A stretch of 64,000 bases of DNA. Source: Octopus sinensis. Its lineage: Eukaryota. Position numbers and translations under genes: made by a program. Location: contig NC_043005.1 of assembly GCF_006345805.1 (NCBI RefSeq), forward strand, positions 32,426,001 through 32,490,000, in the 5' to 3' direction. Positions 25,641 to 38,645 of the stretch are shown in pieces (within the stretch, counting starts at the first letter, position 1; each line of letters begins with the position of its first letter). The notes beneath the pieces are model-generated. The model was given only the letters and a program-made list of their open reading frames with translations, searched no databases and was not told where the DNA came from.

Positions 25641-26302
25641 TATTCTAGCAAATATACTCAGAGATACCATCTGCATGAATAACAACTGTTAATGTTATAC
25701 ACTTAGTGCTGTGTTTTAATTAAATTATATAATTATCTTTAGTTAGCATTAACTATGTTAGCACTAACTTAAATATTGGTCTGCATGGGAATAGTATCTC
25801 TTAGGGATATATTCTCTAACAAAATTCTTGTTTTCTTTTACACCAACTCCTACACGTTATTGTGCAGTTATTTAGGGATTTGTTGATTTTTCTGATCACT
25901 ACTTATGTACCATGAAGTTTATACTTTGGTGATGAGGTGATAAGATTGAAACAGTTACTGAGTTGTCTCCTGTACTAACTGAAATACTCCATCAGTCATT
26001 AGATAATATTTGTGTTTCTTCATTGCATAATTATCTCTAATCAACTTTTTAATGTTCCCTACATCAAATATGTCAACACTAAGATAAACACTGAATCCTG
26101 TATGATTGTCTGAGTAATTTGTTAAAAATTTCTGTATTCAACTAGGTTGACACAGGCCAGTAATGTCTTGCTATGGGGTAAATGAAACCAAAAAAAAAAA
26201 AAAAAAAAGTTATACACATCATCAGTTTTGCAATATTGGTGTACTTAAAAAAGACAAGGAGTAACAGCCAATCATTTTCTTTGCTCTATAACTGTAAACT
26301 AT

Positions 26303-26735
26303 CATCTATTTGATAGCCCATTCAAAAGTACCTTGGATTGTAGGGTGACATGCTGTGCGTGAGGAGACCTGAGTCAAGTACATCAACATCAAAATAAAAA
26401 TCAAATGGGAATTGTAGTTGTGATCCCCGTGCCAGTGGCATGTAAAAAGCACCATCCAAACATGGCTGATGCCAGCGCTGCCTTGACTGGCTTCCATGCC
26501 GGAGGCACATAAAAAGCACCAACCGATTGTGGATGTTGCCAACCTCCTCTGGCCCTTGTGCTGGTGCCACGTAAAAAGCATCCACTACACTCATGGAGTT
26601 GTTGGCGTTAGGAAGGGCATCCAACATTGCCAGATCAGACTGGAGGCTGGTGCAGCCTCCTGGCTTCCCAGACCCCAGTCGAACCATCCAATCCATGCTA
26701 GCATGGAAAATGGACGTTAAATGATGATGATGATG
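26303..26735 (+). mobile_element. (GAT)n-tailed SINE/RTE-derived element with 3 diverged internal repeat units
   Basis: Motif tgcc.gtggca.gtaaaaagca occurs three times; tail ccatgctagcatggaaaatggacgttaaatgatgatgat. Confidence 0.8.
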
Positions 26736-27360
26736 GATAGATGTTCTTCTGCCTTTTGATTGTAGGTGCACTGTCTTTTATGTTACTCTAGTGTATGTAG
26801 TTAATAAATTTTTTGAGCTTTTGTGAGAGAACTTCAATCATTTCATTGTTCCATCACGCTATACCAATGATGATGCTTATGATTAAGAATCTGTAGTGAG
26901 GGTTAAATAAAAATAGTCATATTTGTGTAAAAATTTCCTTTATTTTTTCTTTACCATGTGATGCTATGTTAATTTGTTATTAATTTGTTAATTTGTGGAG
27001 AAAGTGGAAAAGTAGATTGGTACTTGAAGTACTTTGATTTAGTTTACCCCCACCAACCTTTTCTTCTGAGTTCAGTTTCTGTTCACTGTCTGTCCTCTCA
27101 CTCATCATATAGGTACCATCAACATACTGGCTAATTTAATCAGCAACAATTCATCAAAAATTTTCTTAAGGGCTTTTTTGCAAAAAAAAAATGTTAGTTT
27201 CAGCCATTTTGAAAAACTATACTAATGACTCAAATCATAAAGATTAGATGTTTTATAATCTATTGATCAGTTCTTTATCTTCAAAGAATCCAGGTTTCAT
27301 ACTTTTTTTTCCCATTGAAGGTCATTATATTGAAAACTTTATCAATTAAAATTTTCTCTC

Positions 27361-27580
27361 ATAACCCTTTTTAATACCAACCTTCTCAAGACCATCCCAG
27401 GTTCTGATATAAATTTCCTGTTTTAATGTGATCTAAATCAAAACCTTCCATCAAAATTTCATGTTAAATTATTTTACTAAATTCCAGCTTAACTTATGTT
27501 AATGAATTCGTTATTATTTTCAAAATTAATAGAAACAAAGGCAGAATGTTTCAATACAAATATTGTAACAAAAGAATTAA
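27361..27580. mobile_element. TTAA-type MITE (diverged)
   Basis: Begins taacccttt and ends aaaagaattaa. A related segment lies at about 36540-36740. Confidence 0.5.
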
Positions 27581-28209
27581 AGAAGAGAAGAAAAATGTAT
27601 TTGAAGGGATAAATATTATCCATCTTGTGTATGTATTTGTTTGTCTATGAATGAGGACACTACTACGTGTGTGTGTGTGTGTAAATGAATGAGATTATAT
27701 AAAGAGTACAGCATTTTCTTAAATGCAAAGTTTCTCAATGATTTAATTTTAGTGAAACCTAATTGGTTTTTATTGATTTGTCAAAGTTTCATCTATTCAG
27801 TGCTATCAGTTATGCTTAAATTTGTGTTTTTTTTTATTGGTTTATTTCACAAAAATAGATTTCTTGTATTTTGTAAGTAAATCACTTTCTATAGTATTTT
27901 AAATTAGATATTTTAGAGATTTACAATACACTTAACATTTGAAAATGTTTCCTGTTAGCTATATAGCTTAAATTGAAAATAGAAAAGAAATGTTATTATT
28001 TTTATTTTTTCTAAATATAATTTTTCTTCCTTTGGCATATAGGTTTGATCATGATTTTTGCATGCTCATACATACTGCAACCCAACCATTTTTCTATGCC
28101 AGCATGGCTGGAGATTTATGCAAACTGGAGTTGCTGAAGTGTTTTATTAAGTCTTTTTTAATTGCTTGTTGAAAGTATCTTTTAAAATTGTAACTCATAA
28201 TATTTTAAT

Positions 28210-28480
28210 TAGCCTCGCCTGGCCCCCCGTGCTGGTGGCACGTAAAAAGCACCATCTGACCGTGGCCGTTTGCTAGCCCCGTCTGGCAACTGTGCCGGTG
28301 GCATGTAAAAAGCACCTACTACACTCACGGAGTGGTTGGCGTTAGGAAGGGCATCCAGCCGTAGAAACACTGCCAAATCAGACTGGGCCTGGTGCAGCCT
28401 TCTGGCTTCCCAGACCCCAGTTGAACCGTCCAACCCATGCTATCATGGAAAGCGGATGCTAAATGATGATGATGATGATG
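28210..28480 (+). mobile_element. (GAT)n-tailed SINE/RTE-derived element, 5' truncated, about 1.5 internal repeat units
   Basis: Closely matches the reverse complement of 50997-51270. Confidence 0.85.
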
Positions 28481-29396
28481 AGTCATTTACATAAATAACT
28501 TAGTTCTGGATGTGCACCACTACATCAACTATAAGTATTTGATGGTAGAAAGAAACTCTCTCTCAGTTGTTCCTTAGTTGGTAAATGGTACTTACATTTC
28601 TTGTAATAATAAACATTTTAATATGTCTTAAATGTTAGATTTCAGTTTTAGAATTATCATTTTGTGTTTTTTTTTTTGCATCTCTCTTCATCTTCTGTGA
28701 TGTAAACTTGCTAGGAATAACAGCCTAGTCTCTTTACATCACACCTGTTCATTATTTAATGTAGTTGTACATAAGGTGTGATGGCAATAACTGGAGTGTC
28801 TTGAATCATAAGTCTATTCTGATACCAAATATTACACTACAAATTCACTTGATAACAAATCTACTGAATATTTCATCCACAAATATCTTCATTTGTTTTT
28901 GTTTTGTTTTTCAATCAACTAAAAATATGTCATTGTGCATAGAGTGCAGCTTTTGCATACCTTTTTAACTTTATTCAACCATTCAACTATGGCTTTCCTG
29001 GTCACAAATATAAAACAATAGTCAAGAATTTAAATAAGCCTGTTTGCAAACCTATTTACACATGAAATGGTTAATTATAAATATGGGAAACCAACTGAAT
29101 GATAGAGAAACTTCTTATTTTGGAGATGCACTTGACTGGCAAATGATTTGATCTGAAACTGTTGGAACTAAAACAATTACAGAAGATACATATTAGCCAT
29201 TGCAAAACACAAAAACTGTTAACGTCATGTAAACATTTATTATTGGGTGTAATAAACTTTTTATATTGTATGGGGGCAATAGCAGCACAAAACCATAACT
29301 ATCTTCATTCACAGAACCTGTTGTATGACAATTACAATGGTAGATGTCTTTCAAACACCACAATACCAGCTGTTGTTGGTCTGCCTGCCTCTCTGT

Positions 29397-29398
<2 letters not shown>

Positions 29399-29458
<60 letters not shown>

Positions 29459-29472
29459 TGTGTGTATGTGTG
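29399..29472. repeat. (TG)n microsatellite
   Basis: Read directly from the sequence. Confidence 0.97.
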
Positions 29473-31109
29473 TTCGTGTTCAAATTTGTTTGAGTTGATC
29501 AGCATTTAACAATAGTGTTTTGAGAATGAACTACACTTGTTCATAACTTTGGTCTGATGGAACATTAACCTAGAGCTATCTCTTGCCTGTGATTTAGAAA
29601 ATTGGAAATGGAAACACCTGAGACATTTTGTAGTTACTTTTGTATTGATTTGTCCTCGCCCCCCTCTCTCTCTCTCCACACTGAGGCAGACTAAACATTT
29701 TCATGACCAGCAAAGAAGCAATCACCATGTCTTTACTATCTGAGTGTAGGAAGTTCTCCCTTGGCATTACTCTACCCTCATCTAAGAAGCCAATGTTTAA
29801 AAGTAGTGTTTAGAATCTAGTTTAATGGATAGCCAGCTCCTTTTAATCTGATCCTTTTAATATGTTATTACTAGTGGACAATAGTTCATTCCAGTAATTA
29901 CCTATTTGACTCTGAAATGTAGCAATAAAACTAATGTAGCACAGAAACTATTTTCTGGTTTGGTTTTTGATTTCTGCTATCATTAATACAATAGTTTCAA
30001 TTATCAGTTACATTCTAGTAGCTTGGAGGAGAAAAAGAATGTTGTAGAATGATAACTTTGTTTTATGATAGTAAGCATCTCTTTAGAGTTGAGAAATCTA
30101 CCTCACCTGGTGCTGTTTGGTTATTTTGGTATTTCATCTTTTCTGTTTGTTGTTTACATAATTTAGAATTTATCAGTTTTATTACCTGTTGTAAGAAAGT
30201 AAAATTATTAGCTTCAATTCAGATTTCTCAATATTATATTGCAGATTGAAAATAAATAAATGAGTAAACCAACTAAGAAGCAATTAAAAAGTAAATAAAA
30301 TAATATGAAAATATTTTAATATTTTGCACAAAGTGAATTAAGAAATTTAATAACTATACACACACAGATATATAAACACACTTGTGTGTGTGTAATATAT
30401 ATATATATAGAGAGAGAGAGAGAGGGAGGGGGGTCCAAGTTATTCTTCTATTTCTTATAGTTTAAAAACATTTCCCAGTCTTATTGATGCTGAAAATTAT
30501 CTGCTAATATCAAAATTTTTTAGACATAAGCTTTTACTACAAGAATTGTTTTATTTTAAAATTCTATGCATTCTTTCCCCTTTCTAATTATGCCATTTTA
30601 AGCCATATTCATAAATATAGTTTTTATCTTTTAACATACTACTGAAAACGAATTAATCAGGGCTTCTGAGATCATTTTTCCTTTCTGTTTTCTCATTTTA
30701 TTGATTTGCAATACAAACATATATCATATACATAAATTTTGCATCAAAATATATCCTTGTGGTTGGAAATGAATGATCAAAGCAGTAGATGATGATAAGC
30801 AGTTTCTGGAGGCTAGTTTATTGGTTTTGTTTTCGGTAAACCAAAATGAAAATTTGTGAATATTTTGGCAGTTGGTTTTTTTCCTTTTTCTTTTATCTTT
30901 TTCTCCATTGCCATTCCAAAGCTGTGTTGTAACATAGTAGAGCTTATCTCAGCTTTTGACTTGTTAAGAGCTTCTCACTCTGGATAGTATGACTTAACTA
31001 TTGATGATTTGTCCATAGAAACATTGAATGTAGCACTCTAAAATAATGAAACACTTGTCCAGTATACAAAGGGCAGCAGTGTCTGCTACTTACGTAACAA
31101 TCATCATCA

Positions 31110-31350
31110 TGGCAGTGAATCAGCAGAAACATTGCAGTGTTAGACAAAATACCTTTCAGTATTAAGTTTCAGCTCTTCATATTCTGTATTGAAATCCCGC
31201 CAAGGTTGACTTTACTTTTCCTCTTTCTGGAGGAAATGGGGATGGGGGGAATCACTTAAATATAGTAGCAGTTAAATACTGGGGTTACTATAACTGACTG
31301 AGCCCACTTCACCAAAATTTCTAACCTTGTGTCTATGTAAGAAATAATTG
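31110..31350 (+). mobile_element. Old SINE of a second family
   Basis: ggcagtgaatcagcagaa...aaatcccgccaaggttgactttacttttc...cagttaaatactgggg; a similar decayed segment lies on the minus strand near 61455-61590. Confidence 0.5.
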
Positions 31351-33109
31351 TCGTTGTCACTGCTGCCTCCCTCTTTATCCTATGTTCTATTGATTCTGTT
31401 AGCTCAGTTTTCCATATTACCACCCAAACATGAAGAGTTAAATAACAAGCAAGTAACATGCTTTACGTAGGGAGCACAATGCGAAGACTGACTCTAGCAA
31501 ACTTTAACTTCTGATTGCCTAGTTATGGATCTAGCACTTTCTCTTTACAGCTGGTATGAGTTTTTAAATTTAAGTTTTAAAAATGTCAAAATTATTATGC
31601 ATAAACAACAAGTTGAAACTATAGAGCAGGAACATTGAACAGACTTGAACAAAAATCTATTGTTTACCAATAAAGCACAAAACTGACTTCACTACAGCAA
31701 ACATCAGTGGATCTGTTTCTCATTTCTGTCTCAAATTGGTGATTATAATATCTGATATATTAAATTCTTTAAATTTGTGATGATTTATTCCTCAAATGAT
31801 CAATTCTGTACTGAGTGGTTTATTTATTCTTTTATTAGTCCAGCCTGTGACCAATGTTGGGGTAGGGCCATCAATATTTTCCTTTTCGCATATTTAATAG
31901 TTATTTTGTTTTGTTGCCATTTTAGGTTTATTTCCTTTCATGTAGTTCCACTTTACCATTTGTCTAGAAGAGACTGTGACATTACCTGAAATGGCATGCT
32001 GTGCATGATATTTATCAGTATAAGGATATGAATGCTGTGACCAGACAATCTCTTCCATGATGCGACAAGAAAATCTCTTCTGCAGTTTTACCAGTCCTAA
32101 TCTGCTTTAGATTAAGATAGCACCAGCAGGGTTCTGAAGTGTCTAATCAATAATAAACCATTTGGGAACAGAGTAAACCAACAAAGAAACTTCTGTGAGG
32201 TCATTCAACCTATTGGAAATAACAGCCAAATTTCCCTCCACTTGTTCTCTTCTGTTTTAAAGAAAGATGGTTGGAATGCTTTTGATCATAGGTCAGTTCA
32301 ATCACAGCTGACCTAGGGCTAAACAACCAGCCATTTGTAAAATTCAGAACAATAGTTTAGTTAAGGAGTGAGTTTGTTTTTTGTTACCTGACTTCAGTTT
32401 GTATCTTCTTCAGATATAAAGTATAGTGCCATTTTTTAAATTTTTAGTCTTCTATTCCTTTACTAAGCTGTTTGAAATTCATAGAATATGGAAAGTTATG
32501 TAACATAGATTCCAAAACTATTGATAGTGTGGAACCTTTGAATTATATTCTTTTGTGTATCAAGAACTCAATACTCAGATGAGAGTGATGTGTAACCTGA
32601 AATATTTTCATTATTACAAGAGTTGCTCCCAATCGATTTAAATAGTAAATAGATCGATAACATCTTTGACCTATAATGTCTACTATGTTACTATTTCAGC
32701 TATAAATCTTATAGTAGATATTTAGATTAATATATGGACCGAGGTATTTCAAGATTTTGCTGTGGGTAGTACATTATGGATCTCAGATTGAGAGAGAGAA
32801 GAGAGAGAAAAGAAATTTCTAATCAAGGAGACTAAAAAACCAATTTATATATCTGAATATTGTTATTTGGTTTAAATATGTTTTATTGGTAACTAGTTAT
32901 CTCAAATGTTTACATTTTTAAAATTTAGAAATTTTATTTTAAAATTGTGATGTAATGCATTATTTATTGGTTAAGAAGTTGGCATAATCAGTGAACATTA
33001 AGAGAAAATGGAAAGTTTCCATATATCTTAGTAGAATCTATCAAATGCTTTATTTTTATAGGCCAAGTCTTTAAAAGTTCACACAGTTATTTCTGTCATG
33101 CTTATGTGT

Positions 33110-33330
33110 TCAACTCTTTAACATTCAGACTGTTTTGTCAAATGTGATGTTTAATCATTCACATTGTTTTGAATTAATCATGCATTATCTCATAGCTTTG
33201 AGATTTTGATGATTGTTTATTATTAGAATGACATTGTAGAGTAGGTGAGAGAAGATGGATCTGGCTGGTTTGAATATAAAACAGGTAGAATATTAGAGCT
33301 TGGATATGGCCAGTTTAAATGCTAAAGTAG
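33110..33330 (+). mobile_element. ~220-bp TTAA-flanked MITE (piggyBac-type ends)
   Basis: Colinear with 56888-57106 and with the reverse complement of 34361-34582. Family ends are ccctttagcatt / aatgctaaaggg-ttaa. Confidence 0.75.
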
Positions 33331-34360
33331 GCCTTAAATATTACTATTGATCATTCTGACCAATTAAGAAACCCTTTATAAATTTTGCGATAGTGTTTGT
33401 TCATCAAATAGGATTATTTATATTTTGCTTTTCTATCTTTATCACTAAATTATTTGGTTGGAAATACAAACTACTATTTTCTTTGGTACCTCAGCATGGT
33501 CACAGACAAGTAGTTGAAAGTAACAAAATTCCGTTTATTTGATTAGCTTAGTTAATTCTATTTAGCACATTCATACACAACACCATGATGCTAACCATCT
33601 TCAAGGGTTTTAGTTAATGATACTGACCTCTTCTCTCCCTTAGTACTTTGTTTTGTATTTATTTTATTAATCTTGGAAGGTCTCATTGGATTTCTTATTA
33701 ATTCTTAAGCTAACATATATGACAGTTGTGATACAAGCTGAGACCTTTGTCTCTACTTTATACCATTACACCAGGGTTTGTCAGAAAATTGACTTCCCAA
33801 TCCCAAACTTATAAATACTTAAATAAAGACCTTTGAAGAAAAAAGAAAACTTTGATGGAACACTTCTTGTCTTAATAACTCCATTGATAACAACAACATA
33901 GATCATAAATTCGGTTTTAAAATTAACAAGGGTCCATCTTTTAAAAAAATACTTCTAAATGTGCACTTAAGAATTTAAAATTCAGGAAGTACCTCAACAA
34001 ATTCCAGAATGACCTATCCTATAATCTGGAAGTTATAAGGAAATACCCAATGAAACTAAGAATTTATCCCCATTTTATCTTCAGTTTCATTCACAAAAAT
34101 TAAAAGAAAGCCGACTGCAGTAGACTTAATGCTGGCAAGTGTCGACTGATCAGTCAACGACTGATAGTTTCAGAAAAAATCCTTTTCAATTTTTTTCAAA
34201 AACTTGGATTTCTGAATTACCATCAAGGCTCACCTCACAGAAGCAAATTGTGTTGATTTTACTCTTTGCCTCCTCAGTTTTCTTTGTTATTATGAACCTA
34301 ACAAAAAAATTTCACCCCACATACACTCAGAACTTCTTTAACTCCTTAAAGAACATTTCG

Positions 34361-34582
34361 ATTTAGCACTTTCGAAATTCGAACCAGCTATATCTGGCCA
34401 AAATATTCAGTTTTATGTGAAAACTGGTCAGGTCTGGCCTCTTACATCTGCCCTACTATGTCATTCTAAAAAATAAACAATCACACCATCAAAATTTCAA
34501 TGTTACAGGTTAATGCATGATTAATTAAAAACTATGTAAATAAATATTACATTTGACAGTAATTGAAATGCTAAAGGGTTAA
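34361..34582 (-). mobile_element. Same MITE family, inverted copy
   Basis: Ends aatgctaaagggTTAA; the interior is the reverse complement of 33110-33330. Confidence 0.75.
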
Positions 34583-37052
34583 ATCATAATCATAAAAATA
34601 ATCTCAAAACTTCAAATGCCTCTCACTCAAACTTCAACCATAATTTACCATATTCTAATACCTCATAATGAAAGGAACTAAATCAGTAACCACCAATACA
34701 TCATACTCAATTACTTCACTGATACCAAAACTGATCTTTGGAATTTGTTTGGCAAAAGATTTAATGTATCACTATAGTCAACACTTACAACAACTGTAAA
34801 GCTTAAATGTTTATGACTTCAAACTAGTCTAAATCCAGGTGTTATTCTCACATATAATCTTTTAGAAATCAAAACCTCATTGGCTTCATACAATTAAGTC
34901 TCAAAAGGGGAATTTGATAGCCAGTATTAGAATACTGTTCTTTGAGCTTAAGTATACCTGCATAACAATCCTTGCAAATTTATCACCATACAGGACTGCC
35001 ATATCTTTTTTGTTAAAATCTCATTATCTAGTTGCCTCTTGGCAAACATTTGAAACTGTAATCCTAGGAAATTCAAGAGACAAATTTTTTTCATGTTTGT
35101 CTTCTTTCACTACTAGCAATAACATATCTCTATTTGTGTGCATGTTTTTGTATTTTCATCATTTTAGTCATTCTGTATTCTGCATTCTTAGATCATCTTC
35201 ATTTTTTTTCACCTCCACCATTATTAATGTGTGTAAACTCATGGACACTTTTTCCCATATTGGAGTTTTTTTAAAATTGAATCACCATTCACCATTCACT
35301 TTTCATCTTTGCTTCTGGTTAAATCATATGTGAATATGTGTGATTCATTAATATTTTACATCTGCTTTCCATTCCTATAAATTTAAAATATTGAAATGAT
35401 TGGTGCCTTAGTATGTCAAACAGACTCTTGAAAAGTGTGAGTTGGCAGTCTACTTCCAATTCTTAGTTGGAGATGTTATTTACGAATATAATATTTTCTC
35501 TCAAATACTCAGGCTTCATTCCTTGCATCTGGAAGGCATCTAGTGTATTGTCTGTGAGAACCTATGATAGTGTCTTCATAGGTGTGTCCAGAATCGAGAC
35601 ATACCTTTAAGTAGAGATAATTTTGACAAGATACTTCTGTTGAAATGTATTGATATATTAGTAGAATCGGTACACTTGTCCAATGTAAGGTTAGTTATCC
35701 CAACTAAAAATTGAAACTATGAATTCAGCATTTTGCAATGATGCCTTGGACAATCATGTAGCAGATAAAAAGAGGCTGACAATCTAAATCTCAAAAACTG
35801 AGATTCAAATATTTCCATACAAAGTAGTCAGTCTATGATAGTCTTGAAATAAGTAATGCTATGTGGCTGTAGAAACACATATCTAAATAGAGATGATTAC
35901 TTTTGGTGCATTGAATTTTCTCTGTGGGAGACTCTTGAAAAATAAGACAGTGGAATAGTACATTTTCACCATGTCACATTGCACTCCATACAAATCATCA
36001 ATGCAGTGTGGTTCTCATCTAGGCAGCAACATGTTAGATTTTGGACAAATCTGTCAGCTGTGCCTCATTGTTTGAACAGGTCTATAACCTACAAAAAACA
36101 AGGTATTATTGGCTAACCTGTCAATGAGAGCTGACTTGAAGCTAGACATCAAATTAACTTCCCTGGAATTTGAATTCATAATAACTATTTAGCAATTTTT
36201 AAGCTCCCTGAAGTCTAATAGCAATTTCATTGAAGTCCTTATTAGTCATTTACAATTGATAATGAGTGGTTTGATTTCGTTATTATTTGTTGCTATTCAT
36301 CCAAGACAATTGTCTTGTCATTGTCTGGATGTTAATTGTTGATGTTTGGTAGCAATTTGAATATAATTCTGAAGATAATGAAATTTACTTTTGCCATGCT
36401 AGAATGCTTTATACATATAATTGTTGTTTCAAAATTACTTTACATTGACGAAAGAAGTATTTCATTTTTTAATATCTTGAAACCAAATGTAAAAAATTTG
36501 TTTTATTTTTTGTTTAACTGTTTTGCTATAAGTATGACAACCGTTGATACTTCAGTTCAAAACTAGTTTTAAAGTGTTTATATTTTAAATTAAAATCTTC
36601 CATCGTAATTTTATGTAAAAAAACAACTACAAACTTTTTGTTTTAGTAATAATATTAGTTGTTTTGGTAAATCTTTTCAAATTGTCGATTATTTTCAAAA
36701 TTAATTAAAATGCATAATGAATGTATTTTGTTAAAAATCTGGTCATGAAACAGTCAAACTTTTCTCTAGCTTAATTAATTCAGTATGGTTAACATGTATG
36801 TATTTAGGTTGAGTATTGCCTCCTTTCTATGTTACAATGTTAAAATTAGTATAGTCCTATTTATGATAGCATTCAATTGTGATAAACAATTATTTTTCCT
36901 TTTCTGACATAATGAATCCCTCCACCCTAATTTATAGGTGAAGGAAACATTGAAAATGTATATATGTGTGCATGCATGTGTATGATATATATATATATAT
37001 ATATCAGAATAATGGAAAATGAAGACAAACACCCAAGATGTTATTTAAATCA

Positions 37053-37151
37053 TTTATATCACCAACATATATTTCAATACATGCATTAAAATAAATCCAA
37101 GAGGATGAATAATGTGGAACAATGCATCATTCTCACCAGGGAGGATATAAA
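37053..37151 (-). ncRNA. Degenerate type I hammerhead-like motif in a Penelope-type terminal repeat
   Basis: Minus strand UUUAUAUCcuCC-CUGGUGA-gAAUGAUGCAUUG...UAAUGCAUgUAUU-GAAA-UAUAUGU-U-GGuGAUAUAAA. A6G core change. Confidence 0.45.
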
Positions 37152-37264
37152 CAACAGTGTTCATCAATAAGTCATTTTAACAGATGTAAGAAACTACAAT
37201 ATATGATATATACATACATATATATATGTATGCATATATACATACGTATATGTACATACTTACA

Positions 37265-37312
<48 letters not shown>

Positions 37313-37628
37313 TATGTGGGCACAGGACGTCATGAAACGTGTACAACGAAAAAATACGATGTACGAGTTTTTCGAACAATGCAAGACTCAAATGGAAAAC
37401 AAGACAAACAACATAAAGAAAGATCCTTCATTAGTTGTTGGCTGTTTTTCTACTCTCATATTTTGAGCAATTACCAGCAATATGCACTTTCGATAAAACA
37501 GTTGTTCCTGCAAAGCAAACTAAATAAAATTTCGGATTTTGCGGAGGGTCAAAATTGGTAACTCAAACATGACAGTGAAAACAAACACGAAGAGCTGCTA
37601 AGCCTAACTGAGGTTGTGGTGGCGAATG

Positions 37629-37668
<40 letters not shown>

Positions 37669-37679
37669 CAAAAAAGAAA

Positions 37680-38557
37680 ATGGAGGGAATACAAAAATAA
37701 CATACATCAGCCAGTAGACTTTCTATTATGTCTATTTATTCTAAAACATAAGGAAGTATTATAAGAGTACACACACATTCAAAGACTGTGTGCTACACAA
37801 CTATGTACTAGTAATACATAAAAGAGTAAAAGATCAGTTCCTTACCGCCGTTTCTGCCAAGAGGTCATGGTATCTTCCATGCTACCTCCATCTCTATATA
37901 CATGTAAATACCCATGCATGCACACACACATACATATATACATAGATATATGGAAAAGGAAGTTGGGTAGGGAACGCTAAAAATTTTCAAAATACCATTA
38001 AGAAATTTGATGTCATAGGACATGAGCAGGGTGGAAGGAAAGAGAGAAAGAGAATTAAAGGAGAAATGGAGGTATAAACAAATGGAGAGTAAATGATAGA
38101 TGGATAGAAAAGAGGACTGAAAGAATAGGAGGTTTGGGAAGAAAGAATAAAGATTAAGTTGCAGATTATTAGGTAAGGGGGTAGATATTATTTGAAATAG
38201 CTGAAAGAGTGTTTTTTTTCCAATGTAAATACCTATAAACACATTCTTTATAGATGTTGACATTGTATGTTTGGAAAAGAGGATAAGTAGTTGTTCATTT
38301 GTACAAAGAAGGCAGAAGGGTCTCCCTTTATCATAGGGAAATGCCCTTGATAAAATTTTCCAATCCAAAGAAAATTGTTTATTAGAGTCTTTGAGATGCC
38401 AAATTAGTTTACTAAGACCTATAGAATTACATTTGTTAATGTATTTAAATGTAGAAATGTGATTTGCAGTATGTTCTTTTACTTCTATAGATGAAAGTCC
38501 AATATAAAAGATTTCTTTAGATCCTGCAGTAATTTTACATTGGTAAACTACGTTTGC
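37680..38557 (-). mobile_element. Penelope-like element 3' fragment with GIY-YIG endonuclease
   Basis: Open frame from 38557: ANVVYQCKITAGSKEIFYIGLSS...LSKLIWHLK...DWKILSRAFPY...CLLCTNEQLLI, followed by a non-coding terminal region ending at (TA)n. Confidence 0.88.
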
Positions 38558-38645
38558 GGAGGCACATGGCCTAGTTGGTTAGAGCAGCAGACTTGCGGTT
38601 GAAGGATTGCGGGTTCAATTCTCAGACCAGACGATGTGTGTGTTA
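38558..38645 (+). mobile_element. tRNA-like SINE head (Pol III A and B boxes)
   Basis: A box tggcctagttggtt, B box gggttcaattctc; the acceptor stem does not pair. Confidence 0.7.

Noticed and set aside
38558-38635. Possible tRNA gene
   Set aside because: A and B boxes are present but the acceptor stem does not pair and there is no T-run terminator; better explained as a SINE head.
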